Assembly (NCBI GenBank): GCA_032718475.1
Contig: JAUCBJ010007036.1
Span: 1 to 64,000, forward strand
Origin: Nemertoderma westbladi
Taxonomy: Eukaryota > Animalia > Xenacoelomorpha
Reading direction: 5' to 3'
Length of the DNA stretch: 64,000 nt
The notes under the pieces are model-generated. The model saw only the letters and a program-made list of their open reading frames with translations. It searched no databases and was not told the DNA's origin. The stretch's first letter is position 1. Every line of letters begins with the position of its first letter. Positions 1-13,009 of this stretch are shown piece after piece. A program made the position numbers and the translations under genes.

Positions 1-820
1 AGGGTTTACTGTGAAAGATCACCCATGGTGGTGAACAGGCATTCCTTTAGGAAACAAAGTGGAAGGGTTTACTGTGGAAGATCACCCATGGTGGTGAACA
101 GGCTTTCCTTTAGGAAACAAAGTAGAAGGGTTTACTGTGGAAGATCACCTATGCTATGGTGGTGAACAGGCATTCCTTTAGGAAACAAAGTGGAAGGGTT
201 TACTGTGGAAGATCACCCATGGTGGTGAACAGGCATTCCTTTAGGAATCAGAGGGGAAGGGTTTACTGTGGTAGATCACCCATGGTGGTGAACAGGCATT
301 CCTTTAGGAATCATAGTGGAAGGGTTTACTGTGGAAGATCACCCATGGTGGTGAACAGGCATTCCTTTAGGAAACAGAGTGGAAGGGTTTACTGTGGAAG
401 ATCACCCATGGTGGTGAACAGGCATTCCTTTAGGAAACAAAGTAGAAGGGTTTACTGTGGAAGATCACCTATGCTATGGCGGTGAACAGGTATTCCTTTA
501 GGAATCAGAGGGGAAGGGTTTACTGTGGAAGATCACCCATGGTGGTGAACAGGCATTCCTTTAGGAAACAAAGTAGAAGGGTTTACTGTGGAAGATCACA
601 TATGCTATGGTGGTGAACAGGTATTCCTTTAGGAATCAGAGGGGAAGGGTTTACTGTGGAAGATCACCCATGGTGATGGACAGGCATTCCTTTAGGAAAC
701 AAAGTAGAAGGGTTTACTGTGGAAGATCACCTATGCTATGGTGGTGAACAGGTATTCCTTTAGGAATCAGAGGGGAAGGGTTTACTGTGGAAGATGACCC
801 ATGGTGATGGACAGGCATTG
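1..820. repeat. 63-bp minisatellite (68-bp variant), ~13 copies, runs off the window start
   Basis: Unit GGAAGGGTTTACTGTGGAAGATCACCCATGGTGGTGAACAGGCATTCCTTTAGGAAACAAAGT recurs at 192, 255, 318, 381; it explains the periodic 156..485 ORF. Confidence 0.97.
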
Positions 821-1458
821 CTTGGCTTAACGAGCCTAAAAGATTCTCCCATTCATTACCCTTATAATATTTATTTATTTTGCAATCTTGGCATTTAATT
901 ACTGCAAACTAAGTTATATGTCACGAAACTGAACACTGATTGTTAAATTCTTAATTTCATATTATAATGACAGCCTAATGTAAATACAACTAATAATATT
1001 GTGTAGTATATGTAAATATCTAAAAACATTGTAAACTTTGGAATTCCATGGCATTATTATACAGTTATAGCTTGTAGGGATAATATACTTTATTACTATA
1101 ATTGACCATATTTTGACACAAGGGGAATTAAATATTTCTGGTTCGTTTACTGAACATAAATGATACTACTACCATGTATGTCAGATTTCTGCCTACAATG
1201 CATATTGTATGTATCACAAATATAAGTTAGTAATTAAGGATTTATGGGGGTAGGCCTACTGCCAATGCATCCTATTGGAAACAACTTCATAGTTAACAAT
1301 TAATATTATTGGTCTGCTGTCTGCAATAACTTCAGACCCTCACGATGAGTATATTAATATCACTGAATCAATAACACGAGGATGTTTACAGGAATAATTC
1401 TGTCCCCCCAAACACTTCTTATAAACCTTTTCTGTATTTACACCAGTTCTATTATTGT

Positions 1459-1673
1459 CTAGGATATCTCCTTTTTGCAGGTGTGTAAGTCAACAGTTTC
1501 TTTGCACAGCACGCATCTTACTTTGCAGCACCAATGGAACTTGCAATGGCATTGAGTTTCTCTCTCCACCTGTCTGATATTGAATCCTCTCCCGCAGCAG
1601 AGATTGTCGCATTTATTTTTGTCGTCCGGGTCCGAAGTAGCGTTGCACGGTCGGTCGCCAGTTCCCAAAGTTC
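1459..1673 (-). CDS. wnt2: Wnt terminal coding exon
   Basis: AATAG acceptor; [10 protein letters not shown]...CDNLCCGRG...[22 protein letters not shown] to TAG. Confidence 0.96.
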
Positions 1674-4600
1674 CTATTGGTATAATAAATATATTTGGGT
1701 ATTATTTATTTAGTAATAAATGTACATATTAAATATATAATATACATGGTATACTATATCGATACAGTTACGAGCATAGGTTGTGGTATAAAAATTATCC
1801 TATCCGAAGGTTAAAGTTATATATGTTTACTTTTTTGTTGGCTTCTTAGACTACATTATTATAATTGTGGGGTCGAACATGTGACCACCAGGTTGGAGGT
1901 CTGGCGTGCTAACTATTCCAATAATAACAGCAGCTCACACCCGCATATAAATTTTATATCTGCAACTTCCAACTTGCAATGGCCGTGAAAATATTAAATC
2001 GCTCGTTTTTGTAAATTGTTATTTCTAAAATTGACTAACTCGGTGACATTTTTCAATTTTTGAATAATTTTGGGTGACTGTGAATTATTTAATTGAATTT
2101 ATTATTTAATACATTCATTAAAAATGAATACAAATTTTATTTAAATGTTTTAGATTGGCGACACTGTTTGACAATGATTACCTGTTTTACTGTCGGTAAA
2201 ACAATAATTTGGCGAGGATTCGAAATAAACGAGTTCAGTGTTTAAGTTTGCGCGATTGTTTTCTACCGGTCTCAATCTCTCTCCCGTCTGATCCATTTCC
2301 ACTCTCACCGCTCTGTCATATTTTTCCCTGAGCTGATCGCCAACCTGAAAATTAAATAAAAGTCAACTAAATTAATATGTGTAGCCTATAGTTACTGTAG
2401 TTACTATAGTTACTTATACTGTAGAGTAGTGGGCCAATTAATAACTCCAGTAGAGAATCAGGTAGGTCCACTCTGTCAAAAAAAATAATATAAAAAAAAT
2501 TGTTCTAACATATTGTAAACATTTTAGACTAGAATTGTGTCTATGTAGTTTCTGGAAATCTGTGTTGTGAAATTGCGAAACAATGCGTACATATGAGCCT
2601 TTGAAGCCAAAACGTTTGAAAAAAAAATATTGAAATTGCAAAACAAATATTGAGAATATAAAAATTATTGATATTACAGAAACGAGTTGGTGTTATAAGA
2701 ATAAAGCTATAAAAATTCTTCCCTTATAGAACACCAACTTTTTTTGGCAATCTCAATAATTTTTATAATCTCAATATGTTGTTTTGTAATCTCAATATAT
2801 ATTTTCTAACATTTTGGCTTCAACTGAGACTCATACATGCGTAACGTTTTTATCTGGAATTATTTTTATAGGCCAAATAACATGAAGCTATAATTTGAAA
2901 TCGTAAAAAATTAATGTTTTTTTTGTAAATGAAAATAATACTGAAGATTGTTTAGGCATATTGAATTACGGGCATAACAAACTTTAGAGTAGTAATAATA
3001 ACTTATAATAATAACAACAATCATGCTGCTCTGAAATTTATTTTGGATAAACTTTCAGTGTAAAGTTAACTAAAGTATCCAAATTGGGCGCCCTGGCAGG
3101 CCGGGCCTAGGAAGCATGCCACGCATCTATAGGCCTATCTATAAATCATAAACCAGAGAATAGTTAGTTTGAGTGAGTACCGGTATGTTAGCTGATGCGA
3201 GCCACATGCTGAGGTTTCACTACTATCCACTACTATGCTACATTTGGAAAAGTAAAATACAGTGTTAGTAATAGTTTACGGTTCAAACTCGAATTGTTTA
3301 GCCTTCCAAATATCTGCACTACTTACACTGCTTAGCATATTAGTTTGTTATTAGTTTGTTTTATAATTATTTATCAATCCTCAAACATATAAAATTCACA
3401 AATAGAAACAGGAACAGTCATTGAAACACAGATACGTGGCGAATAAACAATGGAAAACCTATACAATATCTAAACAAAGAAAAAAACATGAGTTCTACAT
3501 TATTATAGAAAAGGAAAGAAATCATGAAAATAAAAATAACATTCAAGAGATTAATATTTAACATCGACTGAGAGAGAAAACAAACACGTTATTTATTGGC
3601 ATTGTTATTCCTTAGAACAGTCGAAACCAACGTGTTGTGTGAAAAAACATCATCCGTGGCAAAATTTATTTAAAATCTGATTATTAATTTGTTTAAGAAA
3701 ATAAAAGGTGTAAATCGTAATGAGATTATTTTACAATTTTCAAAATTATCCACTAAATATTTCGAACATCAGTAATGTGGGAAAAGGGAAATTGTAAAAA
3801 AGGCGCGTTTGTTTAATCTGTTCTAACGAAAATGTAGTTTAGCAATTTAATTGAAAGTGTTATAATAATAATATACCGTTCTGAAATCGATCATTGACTC
3901 CCAACAGGTTTTTAGTTGACAGTTGGCGCTCGGACCGTGGCATTTACACTGAACTTTTGTCATTTTGCTCGTCGTCTATAGAGAGATTATGGTAAAGATA
4001 AAATTAATTCATTTGAAGCGGGTGATCGTCGCTATAAAAAGTATAATAATAGTAATATAAAATAAAAAGTAAAAAACCACGACTGCTATAATATCTACGT
4101 GAGATTGTTAAATATCGCGTCTTACTTGGGTGTATAGTAATTGTGGATATGATTACGAACTTAGGTGCCCTTAATGCGAATTCGTGTCCCCGACATGCGA
4201 AATTAGGTGTTGAAAATATTGGTGTTTTATCAATAAAATTTAGTGGGACATTCCATATGTAACATCGGTAAATTCATATATGCGAGACAATCTCTAGCAA
4301 AATTGCAATAACATTCACTAAATAAAATATTTTTGCGAGTGACCATATGACCTACTAAAACAGTAGGTCAGGTCGGATTGACTATCCAAGTTTGGTTTAA
4401 TTCCTCTAAGGGTGAGATGAGAACTATAATAATGAGTCCAATATACATTAAGAAGAAGAACACACACGATGCATGTTGTGATTCAATTCGTGCTGTTAGC
4501 TACACTGTATTACCTAAAAAGCTTCCTTAAATTAATTAATAGGTTACATCAGTAAACATGCAGGATCACAGTTTCTCGATGCATAACTTATCAAGAGCCT

Positions 4601-7600
4601 ATCGGCAATCTGACTCGCTTACTTTTTCAAACCTTGGCAGAGTTGTAAAACATGTATGAAAATCACAATTAGAACTCATACCATGACAACGACATACAGT
4701 ACGTTTGCTCTTTTTAACAACCTGAAAAATATAAAAACTGAAGAAGTTAAGCATATAAGATAGAAATCAAGGTCTTCGTTAGATTGGTCATTTTAAATAG
4801 GATTGGCACATAATTTGTATTAATTTAATATAGTCAATAAAAAGAAACGGCAGCTGCAATGCAATATATCAAAGCTCCCGCGCTATGGAGCACATACTTT
4901 CATTCAAAAATTGAATTACAATTTTATGACAAAACGGAGACAAGGCAGTCAGTCTCCTTACCTTTTTAATTTAAGTAGTTACTGTAGACGCCTGCTCCTG
5001 CTACAATATACTAATGCTACCATGCTACCACTACTGCACTGTATAATAAATGGGCAATTACTTGGGTACGGCTGCTGTGGGCGCGGGTCGGCTACCCTTT
5101 TTGCTGCCCAGTGGTATAAAAAAAACTCTGGTAGCATATTTGTAGTTTTGTTAGTTAAATTTTGAAGTTAAATTACAAGTAAGCAAATGCTACCCGCTTA
5201 CAACCAGAAGATGATTAGACGCAGTCCCTGACATATGTACTATCGGGTGATAGCTTTCACTATTGCCTCGCGTAGTAAAATATTATTATTAATAGTTGTT
5301 CTTCATATTAAATTATTTATAGATTTGTGTAACGTCCCGCTACCTATCTCATTTAATCGCCGGTAAACATTTAAAAAGTTAGGCATAAGATTTTATAGGC
5401 ATTGTATGATTGGTATACAGTATGTACTGTATATCTGATGTTGATGTTGTATTCATATTTAAAGTCCTCATTATTAGTCTGCCAAGTTGATAGGGATTAT
5501 AAGAAGGGAATGTATTCAACAGACCATTAAATTAACAGAACCAATACAAGTCAATGATAGTATATACAACCTGATAATTATACATTATCTCATATCTAAA
5601 TCTGAGTTTCTTTTTATAATAATAACAACATTAAAATAGTACATCGTCTGACATTTAAATCGCTAGAAAAGCTTTAATTTTACTAAATTTTGAATTCGCA
5701 TTTCTGGTTGTGCGTAAATCGGACAAGACGAGACAGAGCCGAGGGAGGGGGGAAACTTGACGCAAATGCCATCTCGGCGAATTAATATCTCGTACCAATG
5801 TTAAATCATCAATTAAGGGAAAGGATCAGGTTACAATATCATGGCATTATAACCAAAACAATAAATGAAAGTTAATAGTTTACAATTTTATTTTTGAGAG
5901 TTATCAGCTGTTATTTGAGTTGATTTTCCCCTAGAGAAGGATGAATTTTCATTGAACGAAAGTCCCCCCCCCCCAAATCTGTGTATAAGAAGATCCAAGC
6001 TCAAATATTGTGTATGAATTCAGTTTGATATATAATATTTTGTACAAAATACTCACCCTTCGCCCCGCTCTCGTGTTATGTAGGTTCATTAGGGCCCGAG
6101 GTGTGATTGTCTTCCTGTCCTTGGCATCGATCCATTGTCTCGCCTTATCGGCTCCGTATCGGATATTGTCGCTACATCCGCCCCACTTCGCGTTCTCCTC
6201 GTCGCTAATCCGGGCGTTCCGAGTTTCCGGTTCTTCCGAGTTGTCCACGCACGAGCAGCCCCGGATATTCCCTTTGCTGCATTCGCGAGTGATCGCGTTC
6301 ACTATGGCCGCTGACGTTATCGCGTAAATAAAAGAAACTTCGCGACTCGCTGAAAAGTTAATAATAAAGATTGTGTCGTGGGTTGTCGGGCATAAATCTG
6401 TTATATTCGAACGGGAAACCATGGCGACTAAAGTAACAGAATAATAACCTATCCAGGTCGATTAAAACACAATAATGTATTTTTATTTTACTTTGATTGT
6501 TCGTATTATTTCCCTATTTAGGTAACGGCATAAGAAACGGTATCACTATATAAATAAAAAAAATCCCCACTGAAATCTGCTCCTTTCCGTTACTCACGAA
6601 ACGAATAAGTTATGATAAACCAGAAAGCCAGAAAGAAAAATCAGTCAGAAATCCTCAGTTTGACACTGAGAGTTTATGTATTAGTTTTGTTGTCTGCCTG
6701 GAGGTGTGGTGGGGAGGTGGGGGGGGGGGGGGGGGGGATGTGATTTCCATAACGGGAGGCGTTTATCCTTTATAATTACGTAAAATATTCAACTCTAAAA
6801 TAACTTAAATTCACCGCAGTGTTTTTGCTTCCAAAACCAAATATAATTATCACGCGTTGCTTTCATTAAGGCACAGCAATAAGATTTCATTATCACTTTC
6901 TGTGAGAAACCCCAATAGTAGCGAATAGATAATACGATTACCCACCGGTAACGAGGATATAACACATTTAGTAACAGCTGCAAAGGTTTAATACGACCCG
7001 CAATTCCATGAAAAATATCTTTCGTGTCTCAAATGCTGAGAATCTTGATGGTAAATATGTTGAAATAATAAGTTATCCGTTTCCATGGTAACTAACCGAC
7101 TTGTAGTGCACTGCGGGGTTCCGTTCCCATAGTAACTAACCCACAATGAATGCCCCCAGGGGGTCCGTTCCCATAGTAACTAACCGACACTGAGTGCCCC
7201 GAGGGGGTCCGTTCCCATAGTAACTAACCGACACTGAGTGCCCCGAGGGGATCCGTTCCCATAGTAACTAACCGACACTGAGTGCCCCGAGGGGATCTGT
7301 TCCCATAGTAACTAACCGACACTGAGTGCCCCGTGGGGGTCCGTTCCCATAGTAACTAACCGACACTGAGTGCCCCGTGGGGGTCCGTTCCCATAGTAAC
7401 TAACCGACACTGAGTGCCCCGTGGGGGTCCGTTCCCATAGTGACTAACCGACACTGAGTGCCCCGTGGGGGTCCGTTCCCATAGTAACTAATCGACACTG
7501 AGTGCCCCGTGGGGGTCCGTTCCCATAGTGACTAACCGACACTGAGTGCCCCGTGGGGGTCCGTTCCCATAGTAACTAATCGACACTGAGTGCCCCGTGG

Positions 7601-10585
7601 GGGTCCGTTCCCATAGTAACTAATCGACACTGAGTGCCCCGTGGGGGTCCGTTCCCATAGTGACTAACCGACACTGAGTGCCCCGTGGGGGTCCGTTCCC
7701 ATAGTGACTAACCGACACTGAGTGCCCCAAGGGGGTCCGTTCCCATAGTAACTAACCGACACTGAGTGCCCCGTGGGGGTCCGTTCCCATAGTAACTAAC
7801 CGACACTAAGTGCCCCAAGGGGTTCCGTTCCCATAGTAACCAACCGACACTAAGTGCCCCAAGGGGTTCCGTTCCCATAGTAACTAACCGACACTGAGTG
7901 CTCCCAGGGGGTCCGTTCCCATAGTAACTAACCGACATTGAGTGCCCCAAGGGGGTCCGTTCCCATAGTAACTAACCGACACTGAGTGCCCCGTAGGGGT
8001 CCGTTCCCATAGTAACTAACCGACACTGAGTGCCCCGAGGGGGTCCGTTCCCATAGTAACTAACCGACATTGAGTGCCCCAAGGGGGTCCGTTCCCATAG
8101 TAACTAACCGACACTGAGTGCCCCGAGGGGGTCCGTTCCCATAGTAACTAACCGACATTGAGTGCCCCAAGGGGGTTCGTTCCCATAGTAACTAACCGAC
8201 ACTGAGTGCCCCGAGGGGGTCCGTTCCCATAGTAACTAACCGACACTGAGTGCCCCGAGGGGGTCCGTTCCCATAGTAACTAACCGACACTGAGTGCTCC
8301 CAGGGGGTCCGTTCCCATAGTAACTAACCGACACTGAGTGCCCCGTAGTGCACCGATGGATTCCTTTTCAACGCGGTGCAGTTGAACCTCTCCTTATCGA
8401 ACTGGTGTTCGCACTCATCGAACCCCAACCGCGTCCCGTAACAGATGGCCGTGACGAGATCCGAGTTGGACTTACAGAGTTTCCTCTGCTTCCTCGCGAG
8501 GTTAGAGGTTTTCTGGCAAATCATCTCCACCTGATCGCAGGGCAGGTCGTGGTGGCTCATGAAACTGAAAGTAAATAGGTCAACGAAATTTGTCAACAAT
8601 AACTTACCATAATTTATGTAGTAAAAGAAAAAGGGAATAAAGTTCATTATTTTACTGGTATTACTTTGTAGAATTACCTATATTTCCAATAGATAATTCA
8701 TATAATCTTATCCATTTCACTTAATACAACAACCATTTCTAACAAGTCGGAACCCACCTTCCCCCCCCCCCCCCTAACCCCCTCAGATTTTTTCAAAATT
8801 TTAATAGTATTCTACGAAATTTGGCATGATGATAGTTCGACAATATTTCTTTGATTTTTCGGATTTTTCAATTTCTGAGCTATTTCGATACAACAAGGCT
8901 TATATTTGGCGATATTTAGCCACCTCGGTCGGTTTTATTTTTTGTCTTTTGAATGTAATCTAGATATCATTTGAATTGAACCGCCTTCCTCTGTAGATTC
9001 CTAATCTGAAAAGTTGCCAAAATTATAATCATATCAAATTACTTCGCTAAAAATAAAATATTTACTCAATTCTCTAGAATACTAATCACGCGTAATGAAG
9101 GAACAAGATGGAGAGTTGTAAAAGGGCACGTGTGTGTCAATACATTGAACTAATAAGCTTATGTACCTCTTCTGAAGAATTGGTTCAACAGAATTGCTGT
9201 GGTATGCAATGTGGTATCAGAATAAATAAAAAAATTATTTTGATCACCAGAAATTTTCAAAGTGAAAAATATTATTTTTAAAAGTGAAAAATACAAGTAT
9301 TTTTGTCGATTTTTGTGATGTAACTTTTGAAATGCCGAACTGAAATTTAAGTAATGGAGGTTTTCCTGGTTGGTGAATACATGAAGCCCCGTTCACATCC
9401 AACGGTGCGTGAGCGGTAAAGCATTCTGGCGGTATTGAAGCGGTAAGCCAGCGGTACACTACCCGGAGCCCGTTCACACCCAACGGTACCGTTGCGGTAA
9501 CTGATTGTCTATCTGTCGACTGTGAATTCAACAGGAAATTACATTAATTGTTTTAACATTCTTTAAATAGGCTGCGGTAAACCGCGCGGTGAACAGCACA
9601 ACTACCTGTTGGGTCGTTCACAGTCAGCGGTGTACCGCTGGCCTTCTGTCTGTTGAAATGTAGGAAAGGATACGACCTCTCTAACATTTTAGTTAAAGGG
9701 GTTTCCTGGTCGGTGATTCCATATCTGATGTAGGTATTCCAATATAATGGCTTTGTGTTGGTCTGTATAAATGTCGGTCTGTCCGTCAAAATATAACAGA
9801 CAGACAGACAGCCGGATAGACCATCTAGGTAAAACAGACATCAGAAATTGAATCATAGTCCCGGAAAAGCCCTACAACATTTTAAGTTGTGTATTTATTC
9901 ATTATTTTTGACTGACAGAGAGGCCAACAGACAGACAGACAGGCAGACTGACTGACAGACAGACAGATAGACATGCAGGCAGGCAGAAAGGCAATCTAGA
10001 ATACATAAAACATTAAAACTGACATTAGAAATGTGATCACTAAACAGGAAAAATTCCATAGCAAAAATTACAATGCCTGTGTTCTTTATTTTTGTGAGAC
10101 TGAACGACTGACAAGTAGACAGACCACATCTATAACTCGACAAATAAAAGACATCTCGCTATGTCGTTTTCAGTTTTGAAATCGCCATTAAATGTTTATC
10201 CAGAATTAATAATAATTAGAAATAATCATTATTATTCTAGAATAAAGACAAAAAACATTAGAATTATAGCGATTTTCGTCTCAAAATTTACACCATAGCA
10301 TTTTGATATCTTTGGGGCAATTTTGTGAAATGTAAAACTGTTTTCAGCAGCATGCCGAAACGTGATATCAAGTTGAAACGTCCGTAAACAATAAACATTG
10401 AATCATTATAAAATATCAGAGAATAATCGACAGTTAACAAAAATGATTAAACCGCACACTGTAATACATATTATATCATCGATCAATAATAATTTGTATA
10501 ATACTTACAACCAATGCCCTTGAGCAGTTCCAATTGTTATATACAATATAGCAGACCATATAAACCACAGATTGCAAAACACCAT
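1459..10585 (-). CDS. wnt2: Wnt ligand gene, Wnt2-like; coding exons 10585-10509, 8564-8329, 6349-6057, [4721-4623 or 3975-3877], 2344-2182, 1673-1459; 360 aa
   Basis: All junctions are GT-AG and phase-compatible (1083 nt with one exon 4). Signal peptide plus [79 protein letters not shown]. The Wnt2 subfamily call is by recalled similarity and needs a phylogeny. Confidence 0.93.
2182..2344 (-). CDS. wnt2: Wnt coding exon 5
   Basis: TTTCAG|[21 protein letters not shown]...[18 protein letters not shown]|GTAATC. Confidence 0.93.
2591..2838. mobile_element. Fold-back MITE-like element in a Wnt intron
   Basis: Long imperfect palindrome: TATGAGCCTTTGAAGCCAAAA...TATTGAGAATATAAAAATTATTGA...AGTTGGTGTT mirrored by AACACCAACT...TCAATAATTTTTATAATCTCAATA...TTTTGGCTTCAACTGAGACTCATA. 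Confidence 0.75.
3877..3975 (-). CDS. wnt2: Wnt exon 4b (alternative copy of the lipidation hairpin exon)
   Basis: CTCTCTATAG|[33 protein letters not shown]|GTATAT; 99 nt, phase 0-0. Confidence 0.9.
4623..4721 (-). CDS. wnt2: Wnt exon 4a (alternative copy of the lipidation hairpin exon)
   Basis: ATTTTTCAG|[33 protein letters not shown]|GTAAGC; 99 nt, phase 0-0. Confidence 0.88.
6057..6349 (-). CDS. wnt2: Wnt coding exon 3
   Basis: TTTTCAG acceptor; [13 protein letters not shown]...[11 protein letters not shown]...[11 protein letters not shown]...LHNTRAGRR; GTGAGT donor, phase 0. Confidence 0.96.
7080..8345. repeat. 44-bp minisatellite, ~28 copies, unit spans the Wnt exon 2 donor site
   Basis: Minus-strand unit CGGGGCACTCAGTGTCG|GTTAGTTACTATGGGAACGGACCCCCW; the first copy is the real exon end. 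Confidence 0.97.
8329..8564 (-). CDS. wnt2: Wnt coding exon 2
   Basis: TTTCAG acceptor; FMSHHDLPC...[16 protein letters not shown]...[13 protein letters not shown]...HYGALSV; G|GTTAGT donor. Confidence 0.93.
9380..9640. mobile_element. Degenerate MITE fragments with PIF/Harbinger-like ends
   Basis: Three related (GC)CCGTTCACA..AACGGT starts at ~9385, 9468 and 9612, with GTGAA complements at ~9522 and 9588. Confidence 0.4.
10509..10585 (-). CDS. wnt2: Wnt coding exon 1 (signal peptide)
   Basis: [25 protein letters not shown] then TT|GTAAGT; phase 2 fits the next exon. A possible 5'UTR acceptor (TTTTCCAG) lies at 10648. Confidence 0.85.
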
Positions 10586-13009
10586 TTTGGAAATAAATAC
10601 GAAGCACTAAAAGTCATCCAATTGAAATGATATTGAGGAAAATCACCCTGGAAAATACTATTTTAATAAAATGAAGAAACACATGATGGCGTTGACAACT
10701 TAGATAATTACAACTAAGCAAAAAATCTAGAAATTTATTTTACAGTACACGCTAAAAGCTGCTGAGGGACGTAAAGGTGTTTAAAGTACGCAATTTTATT
10801 CAAAACTCGAAACATTACTTGATGACGGATCAGGTTTCTAATTAGAGAAGGAATTAATCAATAATGTAAAAAAGTGCCATGGAATAGAACTGTTGCCAAG
10901 GAAAGGATAAAATATTATTTATTCCAAAAAATTATTTATACTTTTATTACCTATTAATATAAAAGCTAATAGCAGGTGTTAATGTCCTTTGGCTTTGGAG
11001 TCAATGGAGTTCATTAACCTCGTAATTGAATTCATCCATTTGATGATATAGATTTCATTTCGGTTGGGTCCACTCTTTAATACAAATGCCTCTGGTGCAC
11101 TGGACCTGGACAAGGTAAGGTTATATGTTACCACTCCTATTGTGCTGCTGCTGCAAGCAATGCTGCGAAATTTCCCAGGGTTCTGAAAATAGTATGTCAC
11201 TATGCTGCTTTGGCGATGTGGCCGATGTTGATTATTTTGCATTGATTCACAAGAAGCTGCTGATCATGTTGTTAACGATTATCATGCATTTATCGCAAAT
11301 GGAGATTGCAATGACAGTCTACCTCAACGTCAGTGCATGTAATGAGCAGTGACTTGCAATGTGGCTAATCCATACCCAGTTCCAGTGAGGGGGATATGTT
11401 AGAAAGCTATTCACTCATGTTGGTGGGCCCAAGTGGCAACATATCCAAAATGCACCATATTATCTTTCGGAAGAAATACATATGTAGCAAAATAATATTG
11501 TCTACGATGTAAACTAGCAAACCTAAACCCCCAAAGAGAAAGAATATTCTTTGGGCAGATCAACTCATTATGCTTGCCGAGTAAGTAAGAAGTCTGTGTC
11601 TTCCGAGCTGTTTCAGACTCCTAGGCCTATATTCCTAATTCAAATATTTAACAATGATTAAAAGGCCAGGAGCCCAGTAATGCTAAAAATCTACTATCTG
11701 CTCGAAAGCGCGCTCCAATAGCCAAGGTCAAAGCTAAACGCCTTAACAGGTTCCACCTTAGGTCTCTAAGTTCGAGGAATTTAACGAACTTAACACACCG
11801 TACTCGTGGAAATGTATCAGAACACAGTCGTTACCAAAAGATTTTCGCATTGTACCGGTCCGGTAGAGCAGTAAAACATACAATAATTTGAAACTTCGTA
11901 GTCACGTAATGTTTCTAGTTTCCAATAATATAGCAATAGCGAATGTTAGAGTTACGAGTTTTTGGGATAATTAACCTACTTCTACGTAATTTATACATAG
12001 GGAATTAATTAACTCTCTGTTTGAAAATTTATTTAAGGATTTATTTTATATGGGGTCGTAAAGCATTAATTTAATTACATTTAAGCGTTTATGTCAAACT
12101 TTTTAATTGATTTGAACATAAATAATAGAAATAAAATGTGATGTTATTATAAAAATAAATACCATTTGAAACTTGAGTCACGTTAATTAAACCACACTTC
12201 TATAATTAGCGTAGATATAAACATTGTTTTCCTGCAAAATCACGTTTAGTAAATGAAAGGAATTCGGCGCCCCTATTGGTGAATCACAAACAGGGGTAAA
12301 CCGTGATTGGCTATCGGTAAACATGAATGGGAAATTCAGTATGGCAATCCCAAATCGCAGGGCCTCTAGCAGAGGGCTTATTGCGTCAATAGGACCAACG
12401 GAATATCAATGACAGCCTAAATTGCTGAGTAATTGATCAAGTAGGCGAGCTGGTGAGCTATTGTCTATTGTGGAGTGTTTCAAAAGGATGGGGATTATCT
12501 TTATAAAAACACCGAAATTGAACTCCAACCTGGTCCATAATGAACCAGCAAAGCCTTTTCGTATGAGGCCAAGGGAATTAATAGGAGGAGGTGACCTTTG
12601 TGGACGAAGACCTTTAATATTACCTAACATGCAGTATATAGCATATACTATTACAGTGAGTAGGCGTTTTATAAGCCTAATGTTTCGTGTCGACAAACCA
12701 ATCTGGCATGCGAAGAACAATAACAAGCACGTACGAACACAAAACACTCCAATACGAATGGCTAAACGTGAAATAATTAGGTCTGCCTATTCTGGAGTGC
12801 GTATGTATGTACGTTGTCAATTATATTACGCCCGTTCACTTCAGTTGTTAATAATCAAACCTTCATATTTTTAAAGAATAAACGATTTCACACTGGCGGG
12901 AATATCAATTCCCGCTACCGCTATTGCTATACTATTTACATGCAGTCAAATGCACTGTGTTTTTAGTGACTTCTATTAAAACATTATTTTTTGCCGGATC
13001 TAATTGCAT

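Noticed and set aside
156-485. 109-aa periodic ORF
   Set aside because: It is a translation of the 63-bp minisatellite.
3615-3665. Possible third Wnt exon 4 copy (minus-strand TGC CAC GGA = CHG)
   Set aside because: TGA follows immediately, spacing to a TCW-like codon run is wrong and there are no matching splice sites; probably chance.
3877-4721. Exons 4a/4b as parts of two separate Wnt genes or a haplotype artefact
   Set aside because: Only one copy of every other exon is present, and the two copies are far too divergent to be alleles.
12260-12420. CCAAT-box cluster as the Wnt promoter
   Set aside because: The position is plausible, but the motifs are short and there is no TSS evidence.
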